Source of the DNA: Wallemia ichthyophaga EXF-994
Taxonomy: Eukaryota > Fungi > Basidiomycota
Reading direction: 5' to 3'
Length of the DNA: 248,000 nt
NCBI RefSeq assembly: GCF_000400465.1
Contig: NW_008806277.1
Coordinates: forward strand, 20,001 to 268,000
The notes beneath the pieces were generated by a model that saw only the letters and a list, made by a program, of their open reading frames with translations, was not told the DNA's origin and made no database searches. The stretch's first letter is position 1, and each line of letters begins with the position of its first letter. Positions 1 to 11,424 of this stretch are shown here, piece after piece. Made by a program: the position numbers and the translations under genes.

Positions 1-9
1 TCGTATCCA

Positions 10-984
10 ATGACACTATCTAGGAACTGTTTCATTCCAATGGTTATAACAAGAGGCAGTGACCAAGTAGCAGTCAGTTCACGATTTGAGGTAAGGAACG
101 ACCCAGCCGTCGTCCGCAATTATGGACAGATGTTGATAGAATACTCGAAAGTTATTCCTGACGGTATAGTAGCCTTCTTTCCTAGTTATTTGTACATGGA
201 GAGTATAGTAAGTGCGTGGAATGAGATGCAAATACTCGATGAAGTGTGGAAGCACAAGCTTATTTTCGTTGAAACACCCGACGCACCCGAGACAAGCATA
301 GCATTAGAGAACTTCCGTAAAGCTTGCGATAATGGACGTGGAGCAGTTATGTTATCGGTGGCACGAGGGAAAGTGAGTGAAGGAATAGATTTTGATCATC
401 ATTTTGGTCGGGCTGTTATAATGTTTGGAGTTCCATACCAATACACAGAATCTCGTATACTCAAAGCTCGTTTAGAATACCTACGTGATAATCACAGAAT
501 ACGTGAATCAGATTTCTTAACTTTCGACGCAATGAGACACGCTGCGCAGTGTGTAGGTAGAGTTTTGAGAGGTAAATCTGATTACGGTTTGATGATCTTT
601 GCCGATAAGCGATTCGCGAGATCAGATAAAAGAGCAAAGTTACCACGTTGGATTAATCAATACATCGCTGAAACATCATCGAATCTTTCAACCGATATGG
701 CTATATCTCTCGCAAAGAGGTTTGTCAGGACTATGGCTCAACCATTTGATCATTCTCAAACTGGGGTCAGTTTGTGGACAATGGATCATGTTTTAGAGAG
801 ACAGAGGTTGGATAAGGAGAGTGATCTCGCAGCTGTAGCACTCACTGATAAAGATCATATGAACGTCGATGGAGTTGTTGACGGAGTTGCAGATGGAGTT
901 GGCGATTCTAGCGGTGATAGTGATATCGATGATACTGGTGGGATTGATGATAACGCATTGATAGATATCCCTATGACGCAGTAA
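10..984 (+). CDS. RAD3: TFIIH helicase XPD/Rad3, C-terminal part (5' end outside window)
   Basis: Helicase C motifs [28 protein letters not shown]. Confidence 0.95.
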   Translation: MTLSRNCFIPMVITRGSDQVAVSSRFEVRNDPAVVRNYGQMLIEYSKVIPDGIVAFFPSYLYMESIVSAWNEMQILDEVWKHKLIFVETPDAPETSIALENFRKACDNGRGAVMLSVARGKVSEGIDFDHHFGRAVIMFGVPYQYTESRILKARLEYLRDNHRIRESDFLTFDAMRHAAQCVGRVLRGKSDYGLMIFADKRFARSDKRAKLPRWINQYIAETSSNLSTDMAISLAKRFVRTMAQPFDHSQTGVSLWTMDHVLERQRLDKESDLAAVALTDKDHMNVDGVVDGVADGVGDSSGDSDIDDTGGIDDNALIDIPMTQ

Positions 985-1337
985 TTTAACTTATTAACAT
1001 ATATATACATTAGATACATTGTTTAAAGCAGACAATCCGTCAAAGTTCATCCCTTTTGACTCTCCTAGAATGAGGGAATTGTAATTCGACGGACTTGACG
1101 TGATTGTGAGACTCCAGTGCTGATCTGACGGATTCCAATACTTGCGTGCCTAGAGACTTGTCCACTCTGTACAATTGAGTATTTGGCAACTCGCCTACTT
1201 GACCAACTGGAACGGCGTTTGAGGGTGTCGGGGGAAGCGTAGAGCCCAATTGAACGATAATGGAAAGGTAGTTGTAATTGTTGTGATCAATTTCAGTCAT
1301 CCTGTCTTTGACTTGTTCAACACCCTCATCCAACACC

Positions 1338-1768
1338 ATGGTCAGATTAATTACGCATAATATTTTGACATGTGCAGTGAAGGGTTGCGTCGATAGTGGG
1401 AAGAACTATCCACTAACATTTAAAAATGTCCAAGGAATTGAAATCAGAGAGCAGGAATTCAACGCTGACTTCATCAGAGCTTTCTTCCCTAAACTTGATT
1501 ATGGTGTATTGAAATCGACGTTGGAATCTGTAAGTAGATATTTAGTCCATTTTGATAATCTCACACAACCAAGCTCGGTGACGATTCACTCAAACTTGAT
1601 AGCGTGGAGGATATTGACGGACAACCAGAAGATTTCTTGAGACTGCTGCATAAGGTTCTTCTGGAGATGGATGTTACCCAGGGAGAGATGACGTGCGGTA
1701 ACTGCCAGCATAAATACCAAATCAATGAAGGTATTCCAAATATGCTACTTGGAGCAGATGAGATATAG
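1338..1768 (+). CDS. TRM112: Methyltransferase activator Trm112 (1 intron)
   Basis: MVRLITHNIL...CGNCQHKYQINEGIPNML. Confidence 0.9.
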
Positions 1769-1845
1769 TGGATTATAACATAGAACATGTATGAATATTT
1801 ATTTAAAACAGGCAACATATAATAACTAAACACAAAAAATAAATC

Positions 1846-3190
1846 CTACTTATCATCAGGGAGGGCATTAATACCAGTTCTAGATTGTGGTCTCGACACT
1901 GGTGGGCTTCCACTTGGAGTTGCTGAAGGTGACTGAGCAGGTGAAAGGACACCGACAGCTTGCATGAATCTCTCAGAGTGTGAAGATCTCCTAACCATAG
2001 GTCTTGCCATTTCAGGCATCGAAGGTAAACCCATCAATCTGTCTGCCATGTCTGCAGCGGTTGCACCTTGGTAGAGAAGATCGTATACAGCTTCAGCGAT
2101 TGGTGCTGACATCTCTATCCTGCCGAGCAATTCATGCACAGCATCGGCTGTGAACACACCCTCAGCAGTTGATCCGAGTGTTTCTAAGATATGGTCCAAT
2201 TTTTCACCCTCACCCAATCTCTTACCGACGGTGAAATTACGTGAGCTTTCAGATGAGCACGTCAGGAAGAGATCACCGACACCGGCCAGTGAGAGGAAAG
2301 TGAGTGGATCGGCGTTAAATGCAGTACCAATTTTTTGCATCTCTGCGCTAGCTCTGGTGACCAAGCCTGCTCTTGTGTTTTGTTGGAAACCTAATCCTGA
2401 TGCCACACCTGATGCTATGGCGTATACGTTCTTCAACGCACCAGCCAACTCGACACCGACAGGATCAGTGGATGAGAAGGTGAGGAAGTGTCCTTGGTGG
2501 AACACTTCACAAGCCTGTTCAGCGTGTTGTGCAGAGAAGGAAGCGATGGTTACTTGTGTTGGCATTCTCTGCACAATCTCCTTGGCAAATGAAGGTCCAG
2601 ATAAGAAAGTAGCAACTTTGGCAATATCCTTACCACACTCTCTTTCAATAATTTCAATTGGGAGGAAACAGCTACCTGACTCTATACCCTTATTGGCGAA
2701 TACGAGCAGAGGGGCTTTATCCTTCTTGGCTTCGAACAAAGGTATCAAGTTTTTCAGGACTGATGACATGGATTGTGATGGGATTGCCATGACAATGACG
2801 TTGTATAGAAGGAGATCTTCAAATGAAGGGAATTCAGGTCCGACAGCTTTCAGGTTCTTTGAGAATATGTGGTCGGTGAGATACTGTGAGTGTTTCAAAT
2901 GAGAAATCTATCGTGTAGGTAGAACGGGTGATACACACCTTTGGATTCTTGCGGTGAGTATTGAAAGACTCAACTACATCAGCGTTACGCGCCCAGATTC
3001 TAGTTTGGTGACCGATATCGGCCAAGTGGTCAGCTAAACAGCTACCGAAGGAGCCGGAGCCGAGAACGAGAACTCTCTTGTATCCAACGGAAGGAATGGA
3101 TAGTTTGCGCTTGAATGAAGATGATCTTGAGAGTGAAGGCTTCTCGTCACCGCCAACAGGTGTCATTGATTGAAGTGGTTCGAATGGCAT
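1846..3190 (-). CDS. NAD-dependent glycerol-3-phosphate dehydrogenase (GpsA-like type), 2 exons
   Basis: GSGSFG Rossmann fold, GALKNVYAIA, AGVGDLFLTCSS..SRN. Confidence 0.9.
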
Positions 3191-3646
3191 CTTTGATTAT
3201 TTAATGGGAGTTGAATTGGCTATACTACTACTTACAATTTCAGTTTATCGTCTGCGTGGGATTAAATTGTGTTGATCAGTTGATTGTCTACTTACAACGG
3301 ATCCAAGTGCTGTACTTGTTAAATAAATTGTTCAAATCCTTTAAGTATTTCGCTTACAGTTTTTAAATAAAGCTCAAGTAATTGTCAATATTCAAGAGAA
3401 TTTAACGTTGGAACCCAAGCGACGCGATGATGTCACGATCAAAAGAGGTACCAAATACGTTTTTGGAAATCGCTGAAGATATTTGATTGATAAAGATATA
3501 GTTGATCTCCGCGCATTGACAGATACAGTTCCGAACGCCTCCGAGAAGCTTTTTGTGTGATTCTAATTGGAGGTGTTCATCGGGATTACTCGGTAATATT
3601 CGTATTACGCAATAGATAACTCACGCATTATCACCAAATAACTTAT

Positions 3647-5878
3647 TCAAAGTAGTATATTACACAATTCGGGTTCGTAGTCTGTTGAATTTGGTAAAAC
3701 ATTCAGTGGTATCTGGCATTGAATCAGCTCTTCCTTCCCTTTTCCATCCCCGCCTCCTAATCTATCCTGCGACCTGAACGAGTTGGGTATGTGATCCACG
3801 TTGACAAGGTGATTTACACTTTTCGCGCAAAATCCATTACCGAGATTGAGATTAGTAGTAGATGGGGAAGATGGCGTTGATGTTGAGCTTGAGGATGTGA
3901 ATGGAGTGCGTGGCATAGGCTGAAGAATTGGCGTGGGTAGTGGGGATGAATCGAGGCTGCCTATTGATGGTCTGGGTGAGAGTGCTTGCGGGTCCTCCAC
4001 AATTACTGGTATTATTACTAAAAATGACAGCTTGATAATCCACTTTACTTCAACTGAATTTTGGTCATGTGTTAGATACTTTTATTGTAACTTGTCTTCC
4101 TACTTACAGATAGATGTCTTGAAATCTGATGATTGGTGTGAAGGTACATCAAGCGAAAAACCTATTTCGGACAAGTCGATTGCGAGAGGTTGATGAAATT
4201 CTGAATGTACTTTACGCGTAGCGTTTATCGTATGCTTTTGATTGAGGTTTGCATAATTCTCATTCGCAATTTCGTGACTTTCCAGTGTAGCTGATAACTG
4301 TTGTAAAATTAGCACATAATACCACAAACTTGAAGACAAACCGACCTTCAAAACCTTACCGCACATAGTATTGGGTTTATTTATTGATATCTTACCCAAC
4401 ACACTCTCACCCAATCTAAATGTAGACTTGACTATGGAGAGAATAGCGATATTGAGATCATCCTTGGTGATTTCGTAGGTGACCTTCTGTGAGTTCCTCG
4501 AACTAATTCCTATTGCTGTACGACATTGCTCACTGACCCTGGTGCCAATATCTGCATTTTCAAAAGGACCGTCGTATCCGGACGAATTAGTTGAACTACT
4601 CCTTTGCATTGAGTCGTAAGTTGTTAAATAAAGCTTTTGTGCGTATTTGTAAGCCTTTTCGAAGCAGCTGTTTGAGGGTGTGTTTGATGGTGGGGTGTTT
4701 GTTGGGGTATTTGCTTTGACTACCTGCTTGTCAGCACCACTGCCATAACCAACGTCACCACCCTTCACTATCGCTTCTTCGTTGATTTCCATTATAGGTT
4801 TGAGGACATCAAACCTCCTGCTTTCCTCATCAATTGTGACATTTGGGAGTACTTTTATTGGTATTTTGATAACGCGAGCATTTCCATTTTGTTTATTAGT
4901 ACCTACAACAAACTCGTAGGTTATTTTACCAATTTTGCCGTGATAGCTGGGTGGTAAAGTTATCGGCAGAGTGTGTTGAAAAGTGATTGTGGTGTCTTGG
5001 TTAGGTGAAAGCACTTTATCAACAACCAAGACAGATCTCCTAGTTTCCCAAATCGATAGTGTTGTGTTGGAGGTGTCGTTTGAGTTTGACGAGTTGTTGA
5101 GGTGGTTGAACCAGTTCGTGAGGCTGAAATTGAACAGTGTACTGCTGCGTTTGTGGGGATTTGCTTTTACATCGTCCAGGACACCTCCACCGAGTACATT
5201 TGACGATCTGCGGTTAGTCATGGTGCTCCTCTTTATCAGCGAGCGATTGAGCTCAATTTTGCCACAAAGTTGAGCAGTCGCCCATAGAATCTTCTCGTGG
5301 TTCGGAAGTAGGGGTGTTTTGAGGTTGCGATTCAGTTTATGATAGGTTGAGTTATCCTGCATGGTAGAAGATGTGGGAGTGGGAGTGGAAAGGTTTGAAG
5401 CTTTGCGCGTGTGGGGATGCCTCCAAGGGAGGTTTGGAGAGCGTGTGGGTGATTGTGTGGAGTTAATTGACAATGAAGAAGGTGAAGAGGAAGAAGAGGG
5501 TGGTGAGGGTGAGGACAGCGTCTCAGCAGATGAGAATCGCTTTGAGAGGTCAATTGATTGTACTTGTCTGTTGTGTCGTAAAGTAGAAGGCCTGCCTTTA
5601 CCAATACCAACGTCATTCTGAGGTACAGGATCAGAATTCTTACCAACGAGACCACATCTTGATGGAGGTTGTTTGAGTTGTGCCTGCTGTGCGCGTGTGT
5701 TACTCAGTACACCGCCATTGTTATGATTCGTGGATACGGACAGAGACCTTTGATGTGCGTGTGGAGATGGAATTGTTGATTGTGGCTGAGAATTTATAAA
5801 TTTAAGCGTGAATGTTATCTTATCGCCTGCAAAGTAGTAGTATTTATCAGATTTAATTTCAACGCGTAATCCATCCAT
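3647..5878 (-). CDS. Rgp1-like protein (Ric1-Rgp1 GEF subunit)
   Basis: Arrestin-like LPPSYHG..ITYEFVVG and C-terminal Rgp1-type segments; spliced, 3' end approximate. Confidence 0.6.
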
Positions 5879-6102
5879 TAGTAGGTATTTATATATATCG
5901 CTATAATCCTGTGTTTTTGCAAAATACGGCTATCAAATAATATACTTGAAATTTTAAGCTTATTATTTACGTACTTGTTGGTGAGTGGTGCAGGGGTGCC
6001 GGTGCAGATCGTATTTCATAATAAATTACAAAATTGTTTAAAATTGTTTCGTTAAATCCAGAGTCATTGAGGGTGTTGTAGTAATATATACCACCTACTG
6101 AC

Positions 6103-6485
6103 GCCCCGCCGCCTTTCTGAACTCCTCTTTGTATTCGTTTAATGAAGAATCCTTGTTTGAGAGCCTGTCTGCCCAAGTCTGTGAAGCAAACTTACGTTCG
6201 CCCTTGGTGGAATCAGCTTTCGACATGAAGAAGAATCCTGCGACGACGACGATTGAGCCGATAATTCCTGCGAGCTGTGGAGTGTTAGTGCGGTACTTAC
6301 GAACCTTAATCCCTTAAGAAAACCCACCGGATAAAGTGATGGGTCACGCTTTGCGAACTTGTTGAAAGTCTTCGCCGTATCACGAGCGCTCTTTTGTGGC
6401 TGATTGTTTGTACCTGGTGGCTGGTGTGGGTGTGAGCGGTAAATATCGTATAGTTATACCAATTCCCACCTGTGGCGATGACATT
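6103..6485 (-). CDS. Small single-TM protein, possibly NDUFA4/MLRQ-like
   Basis: Manual splice gives ...KRDPSLYP/LAGIIGSIVVVAGFFFMSK...; ends approximate. Confidence 0.35.
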
Positions 6486-6780
6486 ATTGGTAGTGTGGAA
6501 TCAAGAAGTAGTTGTAGCCAATTTAAGTTTATATTTTGTAGTTATTTACGGTAAAATTTAAATCCATCCATTCATCATTCAGTCTTTACTCTATTCTTCT
6601 AACTACCCTGCTTCTCTGCGTGTTGCCACCCATTCTTGTGGATTTCTGACGTCATCCCGGAAAACTCAATTGGCGCCGACTTACCTTAAATAAACTTTTT
6701 GTTCGTATAGGGATCATCAGACTCTGCCCCTGAATCACCTAGCTATCGCTCACTCTCAAGTTTCAACCACCAACAACTGA

Positions 6781-7063
6781 ATGCATCCACATCTGTACAC
6801 AGACGACAAGCAAGCAGGTGAGCTGGTCAATGCACATGGCAATCGATTCACTTAAATTAAAATAAGCTTGCGGTGATGTTATTCGCCAGTTACAAGAGTG
6901 CAGAGACAAAGGTTGGTTGAATAGGCTGAGCGGGGCATGCAATCCCATCGACAAGGCGCTTGGAAAGTGCTTGCGGGAAGAGAGGATCGATAGGACGCGT
7001 AGAAATCTGGAAAAGTCAAAAGAGCGCAACAGGAAGAAGCAAGAGGCGTGGAGTAGCTTGTAG
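6781..7063 (+). CDS. CMC2: Twin CX9C mitochondrial protein Cmc2-like
   Basis: MHPHL..., CGDVIRQLQEC, ACNPIDKALGKCLREER; 1 intron. Confidence 0.75.
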
Positions 7064-7073
7064 AAGACACCAT

Positions 7074-7874
7074 TTATAAGTGCAGAATGACGACTCTGTT
7101 GATTCTGTCGTTAAATGGGTCTTCTATAAGCTCCACATTGGCTACACCACTCTGCTTGGCCAGCTTTACCACCAATTGAGCCTGATTATAACCAACTTCC
7201 ATCCAAACTTGTTTGTTAAACGCATCCTTGAGTAAATAGATCATTCTCTTATAAAACACCAGTCCGTATTCATCTCCCCCAGCGAGTAGTGCATCTTTAT
7301 CCTCCCAATCCCGGACTTCTGAGTGCAGTGTCTTGTAATCGCGTTGAGTAATGTAAGGTGGATTGATAGTAATAACATTGTAGCTGCTGAGGTCTATAGA
7401 TTCACTGAGAATGTCCATCTGCTTCACCTCGAACCTCTCGAGCTGCTCCTTGGTGAGATTGTTACGTGCGTTGATTGTAGCTAGCTTGCACGCCTTGGGT
7501 GAGCTGTCCACTACCACGACGCTATCGCAGTGCAGCTCCTTAGCAATACTCACACCAATGCACCCACTCCCTGTACACAGATCTAGCACTCTAAGCTGTC
7601 TATTATCACAAAATCGCGCGATTAGTTTGTCTACCCAGAATTCTGTCTCCTGGCGTGGAATAAGCGTTGGTGGAATACACTGAATCACTGCACTATTGAA
7701 TGGCTGGTTGCCTATAACGAATTGCAGCGGTTTCCCCGATAGTCGCTGTCCCAGTTTGAATACAGCCTCTTTGCCACTCCTACAGCTCTGTCTAACCCAT
7801 CTAATCTCATTGTACGCGTCTGCGCTGCCAAAGCTATCCACCATTCTCCGCGTTACAGTTAGCCGCCTTCTCAT
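7074..7874 (-). CDS. MTQ1: HemK/PrmC release-factor glutamine methyltransferase
   Basis: LIPRQETE, DLCTGSGCI, NPPY. Confidence 0.85.
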   Translation of the reverse strand: MRRRLTVTRRMVDSFGSADAYNEIRWVRQSCRSGKEAVFKLGQRLSGKPLQFVIGNQPFNSAVIQCIPPTLIPRQETEFWVDKLIARFCDNRQLRVLDLCTGSGCIGVSIAKELHCDSVVVVDSSPKACKLATINARNNLTKEQLERFEVKQMDILSESIDLSSYNVITINPPYITQRDYKTLHSEVRDWEDKDALLAGGDEYGLVFYKRMIYLLKDAFNKQVWMEVGYNQAQLVVKLAKQSGVANVELIEDPFNDRINRVVILHL

Positions 7875-7929
7875 TGGTTGGTTGTTGTACCGGTACTGTC
7901 ACCACTGCCATTACCAACACACCAACACC

Positions 7930-9108
7930 ATGAGAATCACGCCTTCCCAGCTCAAGAACGCCTCCCCCACCGCCGTCGTTATGATGAACATGGGTGGTCC
8001 CGCCACACTCGACAACGTTCACTCATTCCTCTCAAACCTCTTCCACGATAAGGATCTAATCCCGCTGCCATTCCAATCAATTCTCGCCCCTAGAATCGCC
8101 AATAGACGTACACCCAAGATAAAGCAGCAGTACAAAGAAATCGGCGGCGGCTCACCCATCCTCCATTGGACACAGCGTCAGGGCGATGAAATGGTGAAGC
8201 TGCTGGACGAGCTCTCTCCTGCTACAGCCCCGCATAAGCCCTACATCGCATTCAGATATGTCGATCCTCTCACAAAAGACACGCTCGCGCAAATGAAACA
8301 CGATGGCGTCACTCGCGCTGTAGCGTTCACGCAATACCCCCAATACTCGTGCAGCACCACTGGGAGCAGTTTGAATGAGCTCTATCGCCAGATTCATGCG
8401 CTGGGCATAGACAAGGATATAAACTGGTCCATTATTGACAGATGGCCCAACCACCCACTCCTAGTTGAAGCTTTTGCGGAGAATGTCGCCAAGTCTTTGC
8501 GTAAGTATGCTCCTGAAGAACGTGGCAAAATCCCCATTCTCTTCTCTGCTCACTCGCTTCCGATGAGTGTGGTGAACAGGGGAGATCCGTATCCAGCAGA
8601 GGTAGCGTCTACGGTGCAAGCGGTAGTTAGTCGACTGCCTGGCCTCACTGGCCATACCAACCCACACCGACTCACCTGGCAGTCCCAAGTCGGGCCATCC
8701 GCCTGGCTCGGCCAGCAGACCTCCGATGCTATACAAGGTCTGCGCCGTCTCGGCTACACAAAGGCCCTCGTCGTCCCTATTGCTTTTACATCTGACCATA
8801 TTGAGACGCTGTACGAACTAGATCTCGAGTGCGTCGAGGAGGCTCGCGAGATCGGTCTCCAACTCGACCGCGTGGACAGCCTGAATGATAGCCCTGCTTT
8901 CGTGCGCGCTATCGCCGACCTCGCCGCTGAGCATCTGGGTAGTGTCTATCAGAATAAAGTGACAGACATCAGCCATACTGGTTACGTCGGCGGTTGGGTC
9001 CCGGGTCACCCTACCTCCACTCAATTCGCTCTCAGGTGTCCAGGATGCACCAATGATGTCTGCCTCAAACAGAAAAATTTCTTCAATCGCGGTAGTAGTG
9101 TTATATAG
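7930..9108 (+). CDS. HEM15: Ferrochelatase
   Basis: MNMGGP, GGGSPIL, FSAHSLP, SDHIETLYE, C-terminal Cys cluster. Confidence 0.95.
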   Translation: MRITPSQLKNASPTAVVMMNMGGPATLDNVHSFLSNLFHDKDLIPLPFQSILAPRIANRRTPKIKQQYKEIGGGSPILHWTQRQGDEMVKLLDELSPATAPHKPYIAFRYVDPLTKDTLAQMKHDGVTRAVAFTQYPQYSCSTTGSSLNELYRQIHALGIDKDINWSIIDRWPNHPLLVEAFAENVAKSLRKYAPEERGKIPILFSAHSLPMSVVNRGDPYPAEVASTVQAVVSRLPGLTGHTNPHRLTWQSQVGPSAWLGQQTSDAIQGLRRLGYTKALVVPIAFTSDHIETLYELDLECVEEAREIGLQLDRVDSLNDSPAFVRAIADLAAEHLGSVYQNKVTDISHTGYVGGWVPGHPTSTQFALRCPGCTNDVCLKQKNFFNRGSSVI

Positions 9109-9631
9109 ATATTTCCTTCCTTCTTTTCATGAAATCTGCTTATACCTTGTGCGCTCAAGTTAAAATTGTTTTGCAAAGTATTTTGATATATAGAAATCAT
9201 AGTATGTAGTCAAAAGCTTTACAAATATTGATAATCTTCGCCTATCCATACTTCTTGTACATTGATAGCTAACGATTTTAGTGACTCAAAGGGATGCGGT
9301 TCTTGGCATGTGTGCCGTAAGTTGGGAGGTAACTACGTGGAGCTACCGAAGGCGCGCGGGTGGGTGTTGAGCTGGTTTTTGAAGAACTCGTAAAGGGTTT
9401 GTAGAGAGTGTGAGTTTCTGAGTAATGAACCTAATCCGAACTGAATATTTATCTTGGTAATTTTTCTTCATAATGTGATTTTGGCCATTATATGTCTTTT
9501 ATATATGAAAATTCTATGTGAGATGGTGTCCTCTGTGCCACAAGCATTGCATTGAGGTGAAGCAATCAATATGAAAACGTACAATGACTTGATTTTATGA
9601 ATATTTGCGTACACCTTTTGCGTTTCAATTG

Positions 9632-9637
9632 TATATA
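9632..9637 (+). promoter_or_regulatory. TATA-like element upstream of permuted tRNA
   Basis: TATATA ~55 nt before the 3' half. Confidence 0.5.
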
Positions 9638-9670
9638 TTTTTAAGCTGCAAAGGAATTCTCAGTTCAAAA

Positions 9671-9681
9671 TAACTCAACGG
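9671..9681 (+). promoter_or_regulatory. Pol III A-box-like element in the leader of the permuted tRNA
   Basis: TAACTCAACGG matches TRGCNNARYGG at 10/11; lies 36 nt before B box GGTTCGA (9707). Confidence 0.5.
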
Positions 9682-9692
9682 GAGTAGCTGAT

Positions 9693-9768
9693 ATCGAAAG
9701 GTTGCAGGTTCGAGCCCTGCGTCGGTCACCACGGCCGGCTGGCTCAATGGTAGAGTATTCGACTACGG
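9693..9768 (+). tRNA. Circularly permuted tRNA-Arg(ACG): 3' half 9693-9728, linker CCAC 9729-9732, 5' half 9733-9768
   Basis: Reassembled GGCCGGC/GTCGGTC acceptor, GCTC/GAGT D stem, TTCGA/TCGAA anticodon stem with loop CT-ACG-GA, AGGTT variable loop, GCAGG-TTCGAGC-CCTGC T arm; break at 37/38. Confidence 0.9.
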
Positions 9769-9779
9769 CATTGAAATAA

Positions 9780-9786
9780 TTTTTTT
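9780..9786 (+). terminator. Pol III terminator (T7) after the 5' half
   Basis: 7 consecutive T, 12 nt after G37. Confidence 0.75.
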
Positions 9787-11424
9787 CTTATTCACTTTAT
9801 AAGTGCGGCAGAATAACGACCGTTATCATCAATTGCGTTTCACTCAAGCCAAATTTTTAGCCCTATCACTGACACTCACGTTTCAACATAAAAAGTGATA
9901 CGAACATAAAACTTTCTTCTCAAATGATTTAAGGTTTTGAAGTACTTGTATTATTTGCACGACTCTCGTTGGTTGTTTTCTAGATTTACATTATTAAGTG
10001 AATCCGGTTAAATGGCATCTGCATTGTTTTCTGAGCCACTACTATCTAAGCATTTTCGTTATTCCAATATTTCATAGCGTTTGAAATGGTTGAGATTGAG
10101 ACACTGTCTCTCAATCGAATACCCGTAGATTGTCTTTGGCAGCGTGAGGAAGAATTTAAAATGACCTGAAGCATTGGCAGAGTTTTAATTCTATTTCTTT
10201 AGGCCTTTTTTACACTCTTCACGTCAGCTCGTCACCCTCGAATTAAACCCCTCTTCGGAAAGGTTTCTGGGTTTCAGCTAGTAAGATTAACAGAATACTT
10301 GGAAGCAAAGTGACTACAAGAATTGTTTACTAAGGGATTTTCCAATGTGTGCTATGTGGGCGTCTATTAACCGAGCGTAGCTCAACGATACAGCCTCAAT
10401 CTTGCAGCAACATAGATTATCTCAGCAGGGAGCCTTGCGAAGGACTTCTTGTTGGATGTTTTGTCGTCTGTGGATTGCTTTGTCTTGGTGGTTGAGGTTA
10501 GATAGAGAGATGAAGTGAGGGATGGAGAGCAAACCTACCAGGAGTATCGCTCAAAGTGGACTTTGAACGGACTGCCAGATCTTAGTTGGAGTTCAGAAAG
10601 AGTTAAATGAGCGGAGATAAAGCTTACTGGGAGTAGCAAAGACCATTTACAGGGAAAGGGCTAAACCCGCCATACTATGGTCCACAAGACGGCGAGCCGC
10701 GAGGAAATAAGTGTGGGCCACTACAGAACGCAGCGGTGTTAGAGTCGTTAATGTACTTTGACTCACGTGACTCTTGCCTTGTCTGTTGTGTTTCACTAAC
10801 CCGTTACCCTCGTTCCTAGTCTCGCGGCTAACAGCGTTGAAAGAGGGGTGATGAGCAAAACAAAGTACCATCTCAAAGCATACATATGAGAAAATTAGAA
10901 ATCACGATATCAACGCCTATCGCATGTCTGCTGATGACTGTGAAAAAAGCGTGAAAATCAAATGCATCATACAAGTTGGATAAAGCTGGATATCATTAGG
11001 ACGTCGTGCGTGTGAGTAGGTGGATATAATAAGAGGGGAAACACTGAGTTAAGCTGGCATCTAGCGAGTTAGTTCTGGCGAGTTCTGCCAAGCAGAGTTT
11101 TGCAAAGTGAGCAGTTTATGAGTTTCGAGGCATTCCGCAATGAGACCTGGATAATTATGTTCCATCTCCTCTCTTACCGAATAAGCCCTGTAAAGAATCT
11201 CCGCAGTCTGTTTATCCTGCAGGAGGACTCTCAAGGAACCTCGAACGAACGGAAAAAGTTTACAACATTTCTGCAAGTCGTTATTCAGCGCGTTGAATTT
11301 TAAAGCGACAATATCGATATGAAACCCATTTAAAGCGCGCATCTCATCCTTTTGCGTCCGTTTTGTGATATAGTATTTCAGCAGAGCACGTTTCTTACAT
11401 GTCCTGTTTACAGAGTCTGTAAAC

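Noticed and set aside
3424-3478. Possible box C/D snoRNA (ATGATG...CTGA with gcgat/atcgc stem)
   Set aside because: Box C is imperfect, the spacing is too short, and no guide complementarity was recognised.
9693-9768. Permuted tRNA as a mitochondrial insertion or random fragment
   Set aside because: It has nuclear-type A/B boxes and a Pol III terminator, there are no flanking mtDNA genes, and all stems are intact.
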